From NCBI RefSeq assembly GCF_032062105.1, contig NW_026937360.1, positions 620,001 through 684,000 of the forward strand: a DNA stretch of 64,000 nt. The letters are read 5' to 3'. Below, one piece after another: positions 26,508 through 40,073 of this stretch (the stretch's first letter is position 1; the number at the start of each line of letters is the position of its first letter). The notes below the pieces were generated by a model that saw only the letters and a list, made by a program, of their open reading frames with translations, did no database searches and was not told the DNA's origin. Both the position numbers and the translations under genes were made by a program. Source of the DNA: Saccostrea cucullata (taxonomy: Eukaryota).

Positions 26508-28779
26508 TATACTAAACCCATATGCAGTAGCTGATAATCATTGAGGTACTTGTGTTTATAAACATTATAAATCATGGTATTATACCAAGCTATCTTTACA
26601 TGTTACAAGATCCATCAAAATCACGCCTTTGACAATTTGCAAACAAAATTTTGAAAAAAAAACTATTTTTAAAATAGTTAATTATGAGACATATTTGCGG
26701 ATTAAGGAGTTGATTCCTACTTCGCGGGTTCTAAATGTGCCGACGAATAGTAATTGTTGTCTTTATTTTTAAATATTATCTCTTTTTAATTTTTATGCCC
26801 CGTTATCGAAAATTCAGGGGTATATAATTCTGCCTTGTCCGTCTAGCTATCTGTTTATCTGTCTGTATAGTCCGTTTAAAAACATTTATCTTGCGCATAA
26901 CGTTTGAGTGGGTGGAGCTAGGCTTTCCTATTTCACAGGTGTATCCTTTCTTTCGGTATTCAAAAATTTTGACCCTGACCTTCTTATAGTTTGACCCAAT
27001 TTTCAAACACAATTACCAAACTCTATCTTTCGCCATCACTGGTACTAAGTGCCGAATACAGGTATAAATTTGCAGCTTTAAATAGGCAAATGATGGTGTC
27101 TCCATATAAGTGATAAATTCTCAAGAAGGAGCTAACCAACAAACAAGCTTTGTTGCTTATTTCTTGTATTAATATAATAAATGTAGAGTACTTATTATTA
27201 AGTTACTTTTTTAAAATAAAAAATAAGTAATTTTTCTGTAATGCAGTAAAAAAAATCAATTTCTTATATATTTTTTTAAATTAGAGAATGCAACGATGCC
27301 AAGAAATTTGACGAAATCCTGAACAGTAGGGCTAATTGACTTGATAATTACATAATTTCGTCCATTTTAAGGAAAAGTTTAGAATGACTTCTTGGTCCTT
27401 GCTTAGTCTATGTAAATTAAAAAAAAATCTTTTTTAAAAAGTTTGAACCTTGTAAGTGCTTTCTCCTTTTCACTTTTTTCTTCTTCAACTCTGAAATAAA
27501 AGGACAAATTGAATATACATTTGATTGTATAAGAAGTAAGTCAGTAATAATTAAACTGACAAATATTTAACTCATTGCTTATATTTCTTGTGCACATTTT
27601 TCATTTGATTACAACAACAATGACCAACATCTAGATGTTAAGAACAAGTTAAGAAGATTCATTAGGTCATTTCTTATTGTTACAAACGTACCTCACTTAA
27701 GTAAAACACACTTCAATTAAATTTGTAAAATCAGTGGACGCTTCAAAATATATACTTGACCAGTTTTATTTTATTTTATAAAAAAAAAACGTACTTTTTC
27801 AATGCATTCTCTTTTTCGTATCTTTCTTCTTGAAGTCTGAAATGTACGTAAAGGACATATTATTAGAAAAACTATAATAATGAGAGATTCATTTATTCCC
27901 CCTGTGTCATGTAAATATCATTTTTACAAGGAAAATACAGATCATGACTTTGTTTCATATACAAATTTTGCAGTGTTTATTTTAAATATTAATCTTCAAT
28001 CGTTCGCTATATTTTATGGTTTTAATGATATTGAGAGAAGTTTTATGATTCTTTAATGACAAAAGATCGACGAGATAAAGTGGTCTCAGTATAAACTATG
28101 TTAGCTTTGGATTGAAAGTGTAATCATGTGACAAGCGTTTAAATCACAAACTGAGTAAAAATAAATAAGACTGCAAAAAACTATCAAATATAACAGCAGC
28201 CTACTTTGAAGCCTGAGGCGATATGTTTTTAATTACTCTTTGGTCCTCATTAGCTGCTTACAAATTGTCAATGTAAAAGTTGCCCAATTATAAGCACTGA
28301 TTATGGACAGAGACAGCATGAATTGTACAATTTCAACGTGATCTGCGACCAAGGCAAGACTAAGGGCTCAGGATTGTCATATTAAAGCTATAAAATGCTA
28401 ACAGTTTACGAGTTTGTTTGTTTCATGTACGATATAAGAAAGGTGAAATTTTAAAATAAAAGAACTCTGGTAAGAATTAGTGTAAAAATGCATAATATCT
28501 ACCTAGTTTCCAGTCTTTTGATTTCGATCTGGCTTTCATACAGTCTATAATAAAGAAACATCGTATAAAATATTATCAAAAATACACATCATTTATGAAC
28601 ACTGTATACTGGGTACCGGTATTATGTTGAAGCAGAAATAAACCCTACTGGTATTCCTTGTTTTCTTTAGAATATCATTTTATAAGATCTTGTATATGAA
28701 TAGGTGCCTCCAAAATGTGGACATTTCAGTTTAAACTTGATTAGGAATGAAATGTCTTGGAATTAAGTCAATTTGTGTT

Positions 28780-29175
28780 ACAAAGAAAGACGTGTTTCAA
28801 TGCCATCAGACATGCATGCATGCTTCGATTAGAACAACTCATTTAACACGGTTATAAAATATTTTTTATATCAAACTTGTTTATGGTGTACCACTAAAAA
28901 GCTGCCTAGCAAGTTTAAAAGCAAGATGACAATCTTGTTTGGAATATTAATATATTGCAGTAAGAACCCGATCGTGAACCCAATTATAAAAACTGCCATA
29001 ATTCAAAAATTATGAAAGCGAAAGCAAATGCAAACCTGGTCTGTTTTAGAAAAAAAGTGCGAAAAACCAAGTGGACAGACTGACAGAAAGAAGGACAGTC
29101 AGACGGACAGTAAGACGAACTGACAGACTCAGAGGACACCTATAGTCCCCTCCGGCTCCACCGGTAGGGGACAAA
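28780..29175 (+). mobile_element. Helentron/pearl-like non-autonomous element remnant
   Basis: (GACA/GACG)n tract followed by the terminal hairpin GTCCCCTCCGG...CCGGTAGGGGAC. The left boundary is approximate. Confidence 0.55.
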
Positions 29176-29391
29176 CAATTCGTTTTCCTGTAACCCCCTC
29201 CCCCTTTCATCATTCATTATATACAGTTTGTTTTTAATTTTAAATATAACATACTTGATAAATATTAATTTCTTTTTACGATAGTCAGGTTAAAAAGCAT
29301 ATATTAGAACAACTTGGTTAATGAATGGTACAGTTTTATCACATGAAAGTTTTTTTTATCAAGTTCTATTTCTTTATGGATGTACATGTAG

Positions 29392-29395
<4 letters not shown>

Positions 29396-29465
<70 letters not shown>
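29396..29465. repeat. (AT)n microsatellite
   Basis: Direct reading. Confidence 0.95.
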
Positions 29466-29467
<2 letters not shown>

Positions 29468-29723
29468 TTACAAAATTATATGCCTAACATGATTTTTTTT
29501 AAATTTTCATATGCTAGCAATAAGTTTTTTTGTGTGTGGTAGATAGAATTTATTGCAAAGAAAAATATATATACTTCGAATTTGATAAGTTTTTCTCTCT
29601 TCTTTCATCTTCAAGGACTCTTCTTACTTCTTTTAAATCCTCTTCTCTCTCATGAAGTCTTACATGCAAATTTGTACATGTATGTATTATTAATAAAACT
29701 TAACTTTTACAGATGCATTTTAA

Positions 29724-30231
29724 AGGGGCATAGACACAGTTTCAACTGAATTTTCTTTAAACCAATTTTAATGTTTGCGATTCCTTACTAAGGTAATTCT
29801 AATGATCAGCAAAGATATGAACATCATTAATTTTGTTGATTTATAAACTAAAGGAGATACAGAACTTAATACCCTTCCTAATGTAAACAAGGCTTGTTCC
29901 CTGTTTTTGTTTACATATATAAAATATCATATGAACAACAAAATGCAATTCAGCAAATCATAAGAAACTGTCTAATCGCATTTATAATTAACTTCTTTAT
30001 TGAAAACATCTGCATTGAATGTACATATATTAGTATATTTAACCTATGTAAACAAAAACATGGCACAGGCCTTGTTTACATAACAAAGGTTTGTCACTCT
30101 AAAACTGTCTTGTATCTCGAAAATTGAAATTCAAATTTTTGATGTTTATGAGAAATAACTTAGTTGAGTAAGTTAAAACATAAACATAAAAAATGGATTT
30201 TTTTATTAGCTGAAAATGTGTCTATGCCCCT
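29724..30231. mobile_element. TTAA-flanked MITE
   Basis: ttaa-AGGGGCATAGACAC ... GTGTCTATGCCCCT-ttaa, plus internal inverted motifs (TGTAAACA/TGTTTACA). Confidence 0.85.
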
Positions 30232-32210
30232 TTAATGCATGCCTTTTAAGTTTTATATAAAAAAAAGTATGTGTAAGTATGGATAGATAATTACTTAGCT
30301 TCCTTCGTTTTGACATCAGTCTGGCTATCAGACAATCTGTAAATAGATTTCATTTTTCTGTACATGTGTTTTTCATGTGCGAGAATACAAGAATGCTAAA
30401 AATAAAGACTTTATAAGTACTGACTTAGTTTGTTTAGTCTTCGGAAATGCATGATGAATATTACATGATACTTAAATCGATGATGTCATTCCATTTCTAG
30501 AGGAGCCACATTAGCCAAAGGGTCCAAGACCTGATGAAATATAATTGCCCCGAGGGTCTATTTGACTAATAATTTATATTTTTATAGTACATTTAATACA
30601 ATTAATATGCGAAGTCATATGTTTTTCTTTTGTATTTCAAAGTCATTAGGTAATAAGGCATTTTGTAGGTAATAAGTACACCATTACTTCATGTAATCTT
30701 TAGTAATTCCCATGGATACTTATTGCGCCCTGTTACTACCAGATCTTTTTTTTATGTAAAGCAGAAATTATTTAAAAGCGTCAACAACAAAACAGGCAAA
30801 GTTTCTACATGTAGTTGTGACCTAGAAATTTTGATATATCAACGAATTTTAAAATATAAATCTTTTTTTTTCATTCCTCTTTACTTTGTCAGTAGGAGTA
30901 AGGAGCTAACAACGATCATTTTGATAAAACCGATGGCATCGACTTTTTTTATTGTCAATTTCCTTTATTTCACAGTAACAGAGTAAAATCGTTGTCTTAC
31001 TATGATCAATGAAAACACGACAGAAAGAATACATCATATATATTTTAAGTAATGTACACAAAAAAAGTATTAATTGCAATAAACAATCCTTGCATGTTTA
31101 CCTGACATGTAGGCTTACGCATTCTTCTTTTAGCTTCTCTACTTCTACTTCATACTGGAACCTCTGTTGACTAAAAATGATAATGTAACTTTTACACACT
31201 TTTTATTCATTGCATTATTAATAATTATTTTGTTTTGCTTAATATATTAGTAGGGATTGTAATATCAAACTAGAAATGATACATGATTGACAAACTGTCA
31301 TTCACCATTGAAGATAAGATTTTGTTTCATCTTCTATAACATTAAAACATCATCTGCATGTAAGTTTACCTTGTTTTCATCTTTACATTCTTTTCTATTT
31401 CTTATGATATAAAACTTCACGCATTTATGAAATATAATGATTACATATAATTATCTTAATGTTGCATTGGTTTTATCACAGAAAAAGGATCCTGCAGTAA
31501 TGATAACAAAACAAATTTTAAAATGAAGTACATGTAGCAGCAAGGTATTGAAAAGTTTGAATTTTTATCAACTGAATTTGTTATATAAATTTTACATTTG
31601 CAAAACTTCGACATTTAGCAATTTGTTAATCATGCTCTATATTTCTACAAGGGAAGGTAAATTTCACAAAATGTCATACGTTTGATGAATTGGGCACTGG
31701 AATGATGTTTCGTAAGAAGACACCTTGTTACGCTTTCTGAAAAATCAGCTCAAACAGTATTATAATCAAATTAATACCAAACGATGAAGAATACCTTTCT
31801 ATGGATTCCTCATGAGGTCTATTTAATAAACGTGGAAGATGAAATCCAATCGGCTTTATGCAACATCCGTACAGAAATATACATAGTCCTGTACAGATGC
31901 TTTTGCAAAAGATGCATCCAAAGGTCGCACAGATCGCGTCGAAAAGACATTGTTTGAACCTGAATGGACATCTGCGAAAATTAAATAATGGAATTCAATA
32001 CTGTTGTTTTACATTGTTTTGTTTTGAAATAAAAATGAAATGATAATTCACTTAGAGGACTGAATATATCAGGAAAATGACATTGACCGAAGTACGGACC
32101 TGCATTTTACTGAATTTATTTTAGGATCTTAAACTGTCGAACTCAACTCATTTTAGTTTATTGTTACTAGGATTTTTAGTACATGAACTATATACATTTA
32201 TGCATCTATT

Positions 32211-32785
32211 TAAGCATTTAATTCATATTTTTGGATGTCTTCCAGTCCTACAACACACCTGGCCGTGCCGACAAATTATCATACCGCGCTAACGCGCGGT
32301 ATTCAATTTGTCGGCACGGCCAGGTGTGTTATAGGACCGAAGACATCCAAAAATATGAATTCAATGCTTATATTTACATTCCCTAATTTTCCTTCTTTAT
32401 AATTGCTTATTTCGTTAGTCTTAAATGTGAATTTAGGGCCCTTCAAAACTGTCGTGGTTAATAGATGTAAGAGCTGTTTGTGACGTCAATGACGTTAGAT
32501 GACGTTGCAAAGTTAAATGACTCAAATAAACATTGCGAGGAAAAAAGTGACAAATTAAATCTTAACACACATTACATTAATTTTTATGTTATTTTCAGGG
32601 TTAAAGTTTTTCATTAAATTGAAATAAAACATTTTTCATTTTAGTGTTCTTAGAGTATTGAAAATGCATATAGTTCCTACTGTGTATTCTAACGCGCGGT
32701 GACAAGGTTTCGCGTGTGTTATAGAAATTTGAACGTCGTGGATTTCTAATGGATTTCATAAGGAAAATTAAACTGAATGTAAATA
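32211..32785. mobile_element. Hairpin-headed non-autonomous element (Crypton-like)
   Basis: Near-perfect 160-bp palindrome at 32211-32370 centred on CCGCGCTAACGCGCGG, followed by the short inverted pair TATTTACATT (32371) and AATGTAAATA (~32776). Confidence 0.65.
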
Positions 32786-33489
32786 TTCAAAAATGATTTG
32801 AAGTAGGACATTACTTTGTTATTTTGGAAAAGTTTATCATACTATGTTACTTTTCTAAAATCACTGGAAAAACATCGCTGGTTATATAAAAGGCCTGTAA
32901 TTATACATAATTACTCAGTAAATTGTTTCAATTACATGTACTTTTAAGGTCAGACTCTTAGAAATGAATATATCCTAATATCTTGTCATACAAATTCGAC
33001 AAAACTTTTCTAAACTTGTGACATGATATTAAGTCTCTTCCAAAGAAAAAAAATGTTTGTATCATCTGTACTTAAGAGTCATCTGAGTATAATACAACAA
33101 TTAAATGGACCCAAAGAGTATAAAATTTTGATATATTAACAAAAAAACTCCTCCTTTTACAAAATTACTTAATCCCGGGTCAATGAAATTCAAGTGTTTG
33201 GTAGAGACACCCACCCTTACCATGACTATGAACTTAGTTCCTTGGCTCAATTTTCAGGGGCGGAGGAGATGATTTTCGACGAATTAATGCATTTTTACTA
33301 AACTATCATTAGAGGTTTACCTTCGGTGTCTTTGACCCAGGGGCACGGAAATTCAAAATTTTGTTCTCATTATAGCTAAGTGTTTAGTTAGTGAGTCTAA
33401 TATCCAGGAACAGAGATGAATATTTTCAAAAAATTAAAGCATTTTCACTATTTATCTCATGTTTATCCTATAATAATAATAATAATATA

Positions 33490-35655
33490 CCTATGGAAAA
33501 TCAGTATAGGTCGATATGTGGTAATAAGGACTCATGACAATTGATATTGACCGAAGAAACAGAAAGTGATAGTGACCGAGCCTGCGAGGTCGCTATCATT
33601 TTCTGTGTCTGAGGTCAATATCAATTGCCATGAGTCCTTATAACCACATATTGACCGTTCACTGAAGTCCATAATAGTTAAATTATATAATCACTCAATT
33701 TGAATGCACAGACATAGTCCTTACTGAACGGACTTGGCTGTCATTACGTCATAATGGTTAAACTCACGCTTCTTATATCATGACGTCACGTACTACGTAA
33801 CTTTGGTGCAACCGAACGGCGTGTCGTGCGATCCGCCGACGTGCTTTCGCGTCGACATAACAGAAGGAGGAATATCACTTGACGTTCTTTCAGCCAATGA
33901 AAATTACGAAACAATCTTCTTATATAATATTTTTGATATCATACAGTTTAATGCAGTTGTGACGTCAAATATTTTTTGCGTTGGTGTAATAAAGTAACAT
34001 AAAGTGGAGTCCTACAAAACAGTACATGAATTAAAAAATAAATAACAAGTTTATAAACTTCAATGGGAATTGAAGTGGGTCGGTCACGTGATCAAATCCT
34101 GTGAAGGCCGAAGGTCTTCTCAGAAGATTTGATCACGTATCGACCCACTTCAATTCCCATTGAAGTTTATTAACTTAAATTGTTATTTATTACTTATATA
34201 TACATTTGAGACAGACAATTGAATAATTTCGAATATTATTAGTTATTCAGGTTCAATCAAGGGTGTACGGGGATTTACCCCGGGTTTTATTCCATACACC
34301 CTGGATAACGAATTTATTTCCTTTGTACCTATAAAAATGCTTTGTAAACATAAGAGTGTGTCTCAATCTATCGATTAGATATCGTGACGTCATGTTATTT
34401 GGTTTTTATCATAGAGAATGTATGCATTGTGACGTCACGTTTTATTTACACCCGGCTCAAGTCGGGTGCACGGATATTTACACCCGACTTTGTAACCAAT
34501 CAAAGCTCGTGTTACAAGCTAGATAGGAAATAATAATTATTGCACTAACCGTACGTCGTAGATTTTGAAAAATGACGCAAGGTGTAAATCGGCTTGAATG
34601 GCGGTTACGCTTCGAATTCATCAGGCGAAGGATTCTATTTCGAAGGGAATATTTTGTGAAAGGCTACTTGTGATCAGTACTAGTGAAAAGAATGTTGTCA
34701 TGGAATATTTTTATTTGTGAAAATTGATAATCAATGCTGAAAAGACAAAAGAAACACGTCCGAAGATCGCTGATAAAAAGTTGGAGGAATTTCGGTCGCT
34801 GGAACGTGAGGGATGGATCCGATGGATGGAAAAAAAACTTGACCGAGCCAGTTAGTTTGCAATCAAGCGTTACATTTGATCAAAAACATTCAACCTACGA
34901 TTTCAATAACTAAATGTATAATTATGATGTAAACACGGAGACACTGGCGACAACTTACATTGAACTACGACAACGCCGAGATGTTTATCAGCTGTTCGTG
35001 GCGTTATTGTGATGCTTTGATATTTTTCAACAGATTTACACATTTATCGTGAGTAGAATTTAATGAAAAAATATAGTTTATCATGAAGATTTAATTTAAG
35101 GTCTACCCCCAAAAATAAGGATAAACGTTAAAGACTGTGCAGCTGACAAATGTGACATAAAAATTGTAAACAAACTTACAAAGGCTAGATCTAGTTCTAT
35201 CGGTATATATTCTCTATGTACACAGGTTATATCGATAACCTAAAACTGTATGAAATACTTGTTTACATTGTATATAAAATAATTATTATTTTACTTGCTT
35301 ATTTTGTTCATTTTGTTACATAGAGGAAGTCATTTCATATTGATGTATCGGTAGATATTATTGCGCCGTGTGATTAGGTCACGTATTGACCCCTGACCTC
35401 TGACAAACTTCATACAGAATTGAAGATATTTGTTCTCTGTATGTTCATATAATGAAAAGATACCACAAATGTATATATTAAACATTGGTTTTGAAGTATT
35501 GAACATGTGATAAAAAAGAACTTCCCATGGTTTTTTGTTGGACATGATTTTTATCAACCTCGTTGTGTGTTTTTATTTAAAAAAAACAACAACACACAAC
35601 TCGTTGGATAAAAATCATATCTAAATACAAATCATGGGAGATCCTAAATATAATC
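33490..35655. mobile_element. Cluster of nested hairpin elements (Crypton-like)
   Basis: Long palindromes at 33509-33657, 34047-34177, ~34245-34310 and ~35520-35640, with TGACGTCA-rich bodies between them. Confidence 0.6.
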
Positions 35656-36521
35656 AATAAAGCCCCGCACTAACACCAGCTCCTTGAGCCATGAAATTTG
35701 ATAACTATGTTTTTGGTTAGTTTGTTTTCTATCCGGGAGAAGATAAAATTTTCAAAGAATTAATGCTCTTTCACCATACAATTTATAAGCCGTGATCTAA
35801 CGCCAGAGACCTTGACTATGTCGCCTTAAATTTCACTGCTTTGGCATAGGGCTCAATGCTTATTACGATCATGCTAAACAGTTTGACTGCCTATTTCCAG
35901 GTGAAAAGAAGACGACTTTCATCGAATGGATTAAGGTATTCAATCCCTAATGGGATCAAACTCAGTGAAATTGAATTCATAACAGATATCTAGGATTGAA
36001 TGCTCAGTTTATTTATACATACATGTACTTCCCATTTGTTGATATTAGTATGTATAGTGGGATATGTCCTAATTTATGACCTTGAGTTTTGGTAAGAGTT
36101 ATGTCCCCTTTTTCTTTTTAATAATGAAAAGAATTAATTAAAAAAAATTTAGCCGGTAAAAAAATTGTTTTCAATTAATTGTCATTCTATTTTTAATAAT
36201 TCAATGCATCTTTCCACCGCAGGGTTTATGGATATTCAAATTATTTTAATTTTTATTTTGAAAAAATGCTTTTCCCCATAGACTTCAATGCAATCTTTGT
36301 TAATTAACTACTGCTTAATTAATGACATTTATAAAACTTTCTCGCGGGCAATCCTTTTCCACTATAAAATCCTTTAATATAATATCAGTGTATTATGTAC
36401 TTGAAGTACATTTAAGGGTAGAGAATTAGGTCCTATTAGGGATGGAAATCATTAAATGTGATGGCCAAAGGGGTACAGTGACCAGGAAATTTACAGTTTT
36501 AGACATTTGCTTGACTACAAC

Positions 36522-36578
36522 ATTATTATTATTATTAATATTATTATTATTATTATTATCATTATTATTATTATTATT
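36522..36578. repeat. (TTA)n microsatellite
   Basis: Direct reading. Confidence 0.9.
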
Positions 36579-36859
36579 GGGTATAAGAAATCAAAAAATA
36601 TTCAAATGTTATCGTACGACGCACGTCGGTAGTCGAATGGGGACAGACAAAAACGGATAGCAATAGATCACCTGATCATGAGGTAAAGTAGGCCACCATG
36701 AACTTTTCAAACTAACAAACAAATTCGAAGAACTGTGGTCGCTTTTAGTGTCATTGTGGGTGAGATATCACTTTTTATGGCATATTGTGTCAAATATAAA
36801 TGTCTTTTTTATGTGTCAATAAGAAGTTATCACGCGAGTTGTTTTTTTTTGTTGTTGAA

Positions 36860-37850
36860 AATTTTGTCAATTGTGAAGGTCAGGGGGTCAAAAATCTTAG
36901 CATGCTCAGAAATGGCTTGTCACAGGATAGGCACATTTCAAATATGAAAGCCCTATCTCTTCTCAATCAAAAGTTATAAGGAAAAATTAACAGTTTTAAA
37001 AGTAGGTCAAGCTTCAAGGACAAGGTAACAAAATTAAAAATCGAAGTGTATTTAGAAAGGTCTTGTCAATAGTAATACACATTGTAATAAGACAGCCATA
37101 TGTTTCTACAAAGATATGAGCAAGGTTAAAGTTTTTGAAAAGTGGGTCAAACTGCAAGGTCACAAGTTCAAAAATTATAATGTATTTAGAAAGATCTTGT
37201 CACAGATAAAACACACGTTTAATATGAAAGTCCCATCCCCTCCCATTCGAAAGTTATGCCCCCATAATCGAAGAATTGAGGGTATACAGTTTTTGCCCTG
37301 TCCGTCTGTCCAGCCGTCTGTTTGTCCACAAAATCTTGAACCTTCACCATAACATTTGAGTGGGTGGGGCTATGACTTTCATTCTTCAAAGGTTTAATCC
37401 TTTTTTACAAAACCTTTTTTTCGGGTACCACTAAATTTGATCACGTAACCTTGTCTTGACCTTGGAGTTTGACCCAAATTTTACCGAAAAATTCCGAACT
37501 TTAACCTTGGCAATAACTTTTGAATTTTTGGTGTAAGGACTTTCATACATCACATTTGTATCTAATGTGACAAGTCCTTTCAACGGCTATAAAACTATTA
37601 ATCAAAACCTTTGACCTTAATTTTAGAGTTTGACTCTCTTTTCAAAAACTTTAACATTTATTTAACAAAATTTTTAAACGGTTAGTACAGGGGCTTTCAT
37701 ATTTCACAGATATATTTCTTGTGACAAGACCTTCCTTTGAAAACCACCAATTATGGTCTTTTTGACCTTGACATTAAAGTTTGACTTGCATTTGAGAAAT
37801 TCCAACCCTCACCATAAGGGGGCATATGTGATTCACAAACACGTCTCTTT
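36860..37850. mobile_element. Two opposed Helentron-type elements with degenerate ~140-150 bp internal tandem repeats
   Basis: Repeated units containing AAGGTCTTGTCA and GGTCAA..T.CAAGG on + (36860-37255) and their complements on the other strand (37255-37850), with a (CTGT/CCGT)n tract. A related fragment lies at 26793-27010. Confidence 0.6.
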
Positions 37851-39015
37851 TATAGCTTTTAGAAGGTCTCGAATATGTATAACTCTATATTGAGAAGATT
37901 TCATCTTAAAATGCATGCCATTGGAACATAATTCTCCTGAGAAAAATACCATGTTACTTCATTTGTCTTCTTAAATAGTCAAAAAGTCTACATGTATTTA
38001 AAAGGGGGACTATACATGTAATGTTATAAAATTAGTAAGTATATTTATAAAATATCGCTGTTCGTTTAAAAAATGTCCTTCGGGGATAAAAAAAAAAAAA
38101 ACAGTAACATGCAATTATTATAAAGAGCCTTTGTAAAATTAATTTAAAATTCAAACATATATCTAATTGATATCATAAAGCATAACATGCGTTAATTAAA
38201 GGAGTTTTATTTTACATTTAGTATTTACCTTAACCTTTGAAATTGCAGATGAATATGTATACACTTTAGTTTCCTTCAAGGTTGAAGCTACCGTCTACAG
38301 CAATATGTAAATCTTATTAAAGATTTCTTCAACATCACCATTCGACGAAATGTATTGACTCAAAAATCACTTAGTAAGTTAAAGTATCGTACCTTTTTAT
38401 AATTATATTTTGCACTTATATAAAATACCCGTGCTGTGTTTAGTCTCTTTTTAATTATATTTTGTATATGTTTATTTGAGGTATTAGTCATTCATGTCAA
38501 CAAATACAGAAATTGAAATATTTTTTAAAGAGTTGTATTATAAACCTTTTCCTTTTCATGCATAAAAAGTCAAAAGACAGAAAGCAGTTTTTTTTAAAGT
38601 AAATGCATGCATAATATATATATACATGATATAATATAACATACCTGGAATCTTTATCGATCTTGCCATAAAACGGTATTTTTCGACATATCCATCTTCT
38701 TAATTCCCCACATTTGGTTGATATTTTTGAAATAACTACACAAAAAAAGCACATTGACTTGGTTGACCCTTCCGAGTTATCTATCAATGGTTCCACATCG
38801 TGCAAGTCCACTGCAATGTATTTACCCTTATGATGCTCTCGTTCAGACCTGTCAAATAATACATAAAATATCTATTCTTTTTTTACAAATATATTTATTA
38901 TATATTATTCAAAAGAAATTTATAAGGAAAACCACATTCGCATTATTAGCGCTGAGATGCGCTTTGGAGTTGCATTTAAGCAAACGATGAAAATTTAAAG
39001 CAAAAGAAGAGCGTG

Positions 39016-39043
<28 letters not shown>
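39016..39043. repeat. (CT)n microsatellite
   Basis: Direct reading. Confidence 0.9.
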
Positions 39044-39046
<3 letters not shown>

Positions 39047-39785
39047 GAAAATTGAGAATTGTTATCCCTGTTGCTTTCCATTGTGAAAACAGGGGACAAA
39101 TCATGTACATATAACAAAATATTTATTAATCAGTTTCTCGACATATGCACTTTACCAAGCCCTCCAACTACATATATATAAAGTGTTGCCTTCAGCCTGA
39201 GTCAAACAGTTAATGATAACTGAATGATATATTTACATAATCAGTATTGGTACACTTATTTTGTGATATTGATTTCTACTTATCGAGGATACATCCTTAG
39301 GTACATACCCGGTAAATGGCAAGGACATTGTGGGAAAAAAGAGAAAACAAAATATATCATGTGTATATCAGCTACACGCAATATCATATTTTAATATGAT
39401 AGGTTTAGTAGACTGTATAAAATGACAAGCATAAGCCATAAACAGTAATTTGTTTGAAATAGGTAACATTAAACGATCAAGGCCTTCGTTCTATTTTTAT
39501 CTTTTCCGTGAAATAACTACTTAACCTATATAGCTAGATTTGCATCTTTAAAAGGATAGTAATTTAATTTAAGAAGTTTTCTTATGAATGAATTATAATA
39601 TATATGAATGCAGTAGAAACACGAACAAAAACTGTAACTTACATTTCAAAGAAATGTCATCGTCAGCATTATATCTTGTATTTTTTTTACCAGAAAGATT
39701 ACAAGATTACCTAGATTTAATACACCAGGATATACCAAAATCTAAACAACTACTTTCGTTTTGACTATACTAAAGGGCGATTACT

Positions 39786-39921
39786 ACGGAAGCCCAATAG
39801 TGCAAAAAAGAAATTTTCTTTATTTAGTTATTTCGTTTTCTTTATTTAATAATTTCGTTTTTCTTATTTAATTTGTTTTTTTTTTCTTTATTTATTTTTG
39901 ATTTGCACTATTTGGCTTCTG
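39786..39921. mobile_element. Small MITE
   Basis: ACGGAAGCCCAATAGTGCAAA ... TTTGCACTATTTGGCTTCTGC inverted ends with a repetitive TTTCTTATTTA interior. Confidence 0.65.
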
Positions 39922-40073
39922 CAGATTATTCTTAGAATGGAATGGCATGGACGAAGTATTTTGGCAGATCCTGATTGATTGGCTATTATAGTTGGCTCAT
40001 ATTTTCTTAAACTGCTACGCCATTCAATCATTTCTCATTTTTTTGTAGTGTATAGTTAAAAAACATCTCTAAT

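Larger units (their letters stand above)
24841..38811 (-). pseudogene. Mieap-domain paralogue C: Cys-rich N-terminus, microexon coiled coil, disrupted last two exons (pseudogene or aberrantly spliced)
   Basis: Open spliced frame over 38811-38645 (linkage uncertain), 31971-31795, 31736-31680, 31394-31370, 31163-31102, 30336-30295, 29658-29575, 28544-28503, 27836-27795, 27490-27449, 26207-26009, 25913-25818. The next exon (25340-25216) is 125 nt with an in-frame TAA. The terminal exon (from ~25129) has a stop and frameshifts before LCYILSIQDPP...IVWPAVFLHENGPLVQKGVLQP. Confidence 0.7.

Noticed and set aside
27330-27407. Acceptor-like site giving RLSKDQEV..., a possible alternative terminal exon of C
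   Set aside because: Only ~41 nt from the previous donor and similarity stops after three residues; likely chance.
28808-28826. p53-like response element (human SPATA18 is a p53 target)
   Set aside because: Poor match to two RRRCWWGYYY half-sites, and it lies in repeat-derived intron sequence.
32052-32100. ATG TCA TTT TCC TGA exon upstream of the Cys-rich exon, raising a selenocysteine or readthrough idea
   Set aside because: No SECIS was identified; a non-coding exon or a nonsense mutation is simpler.
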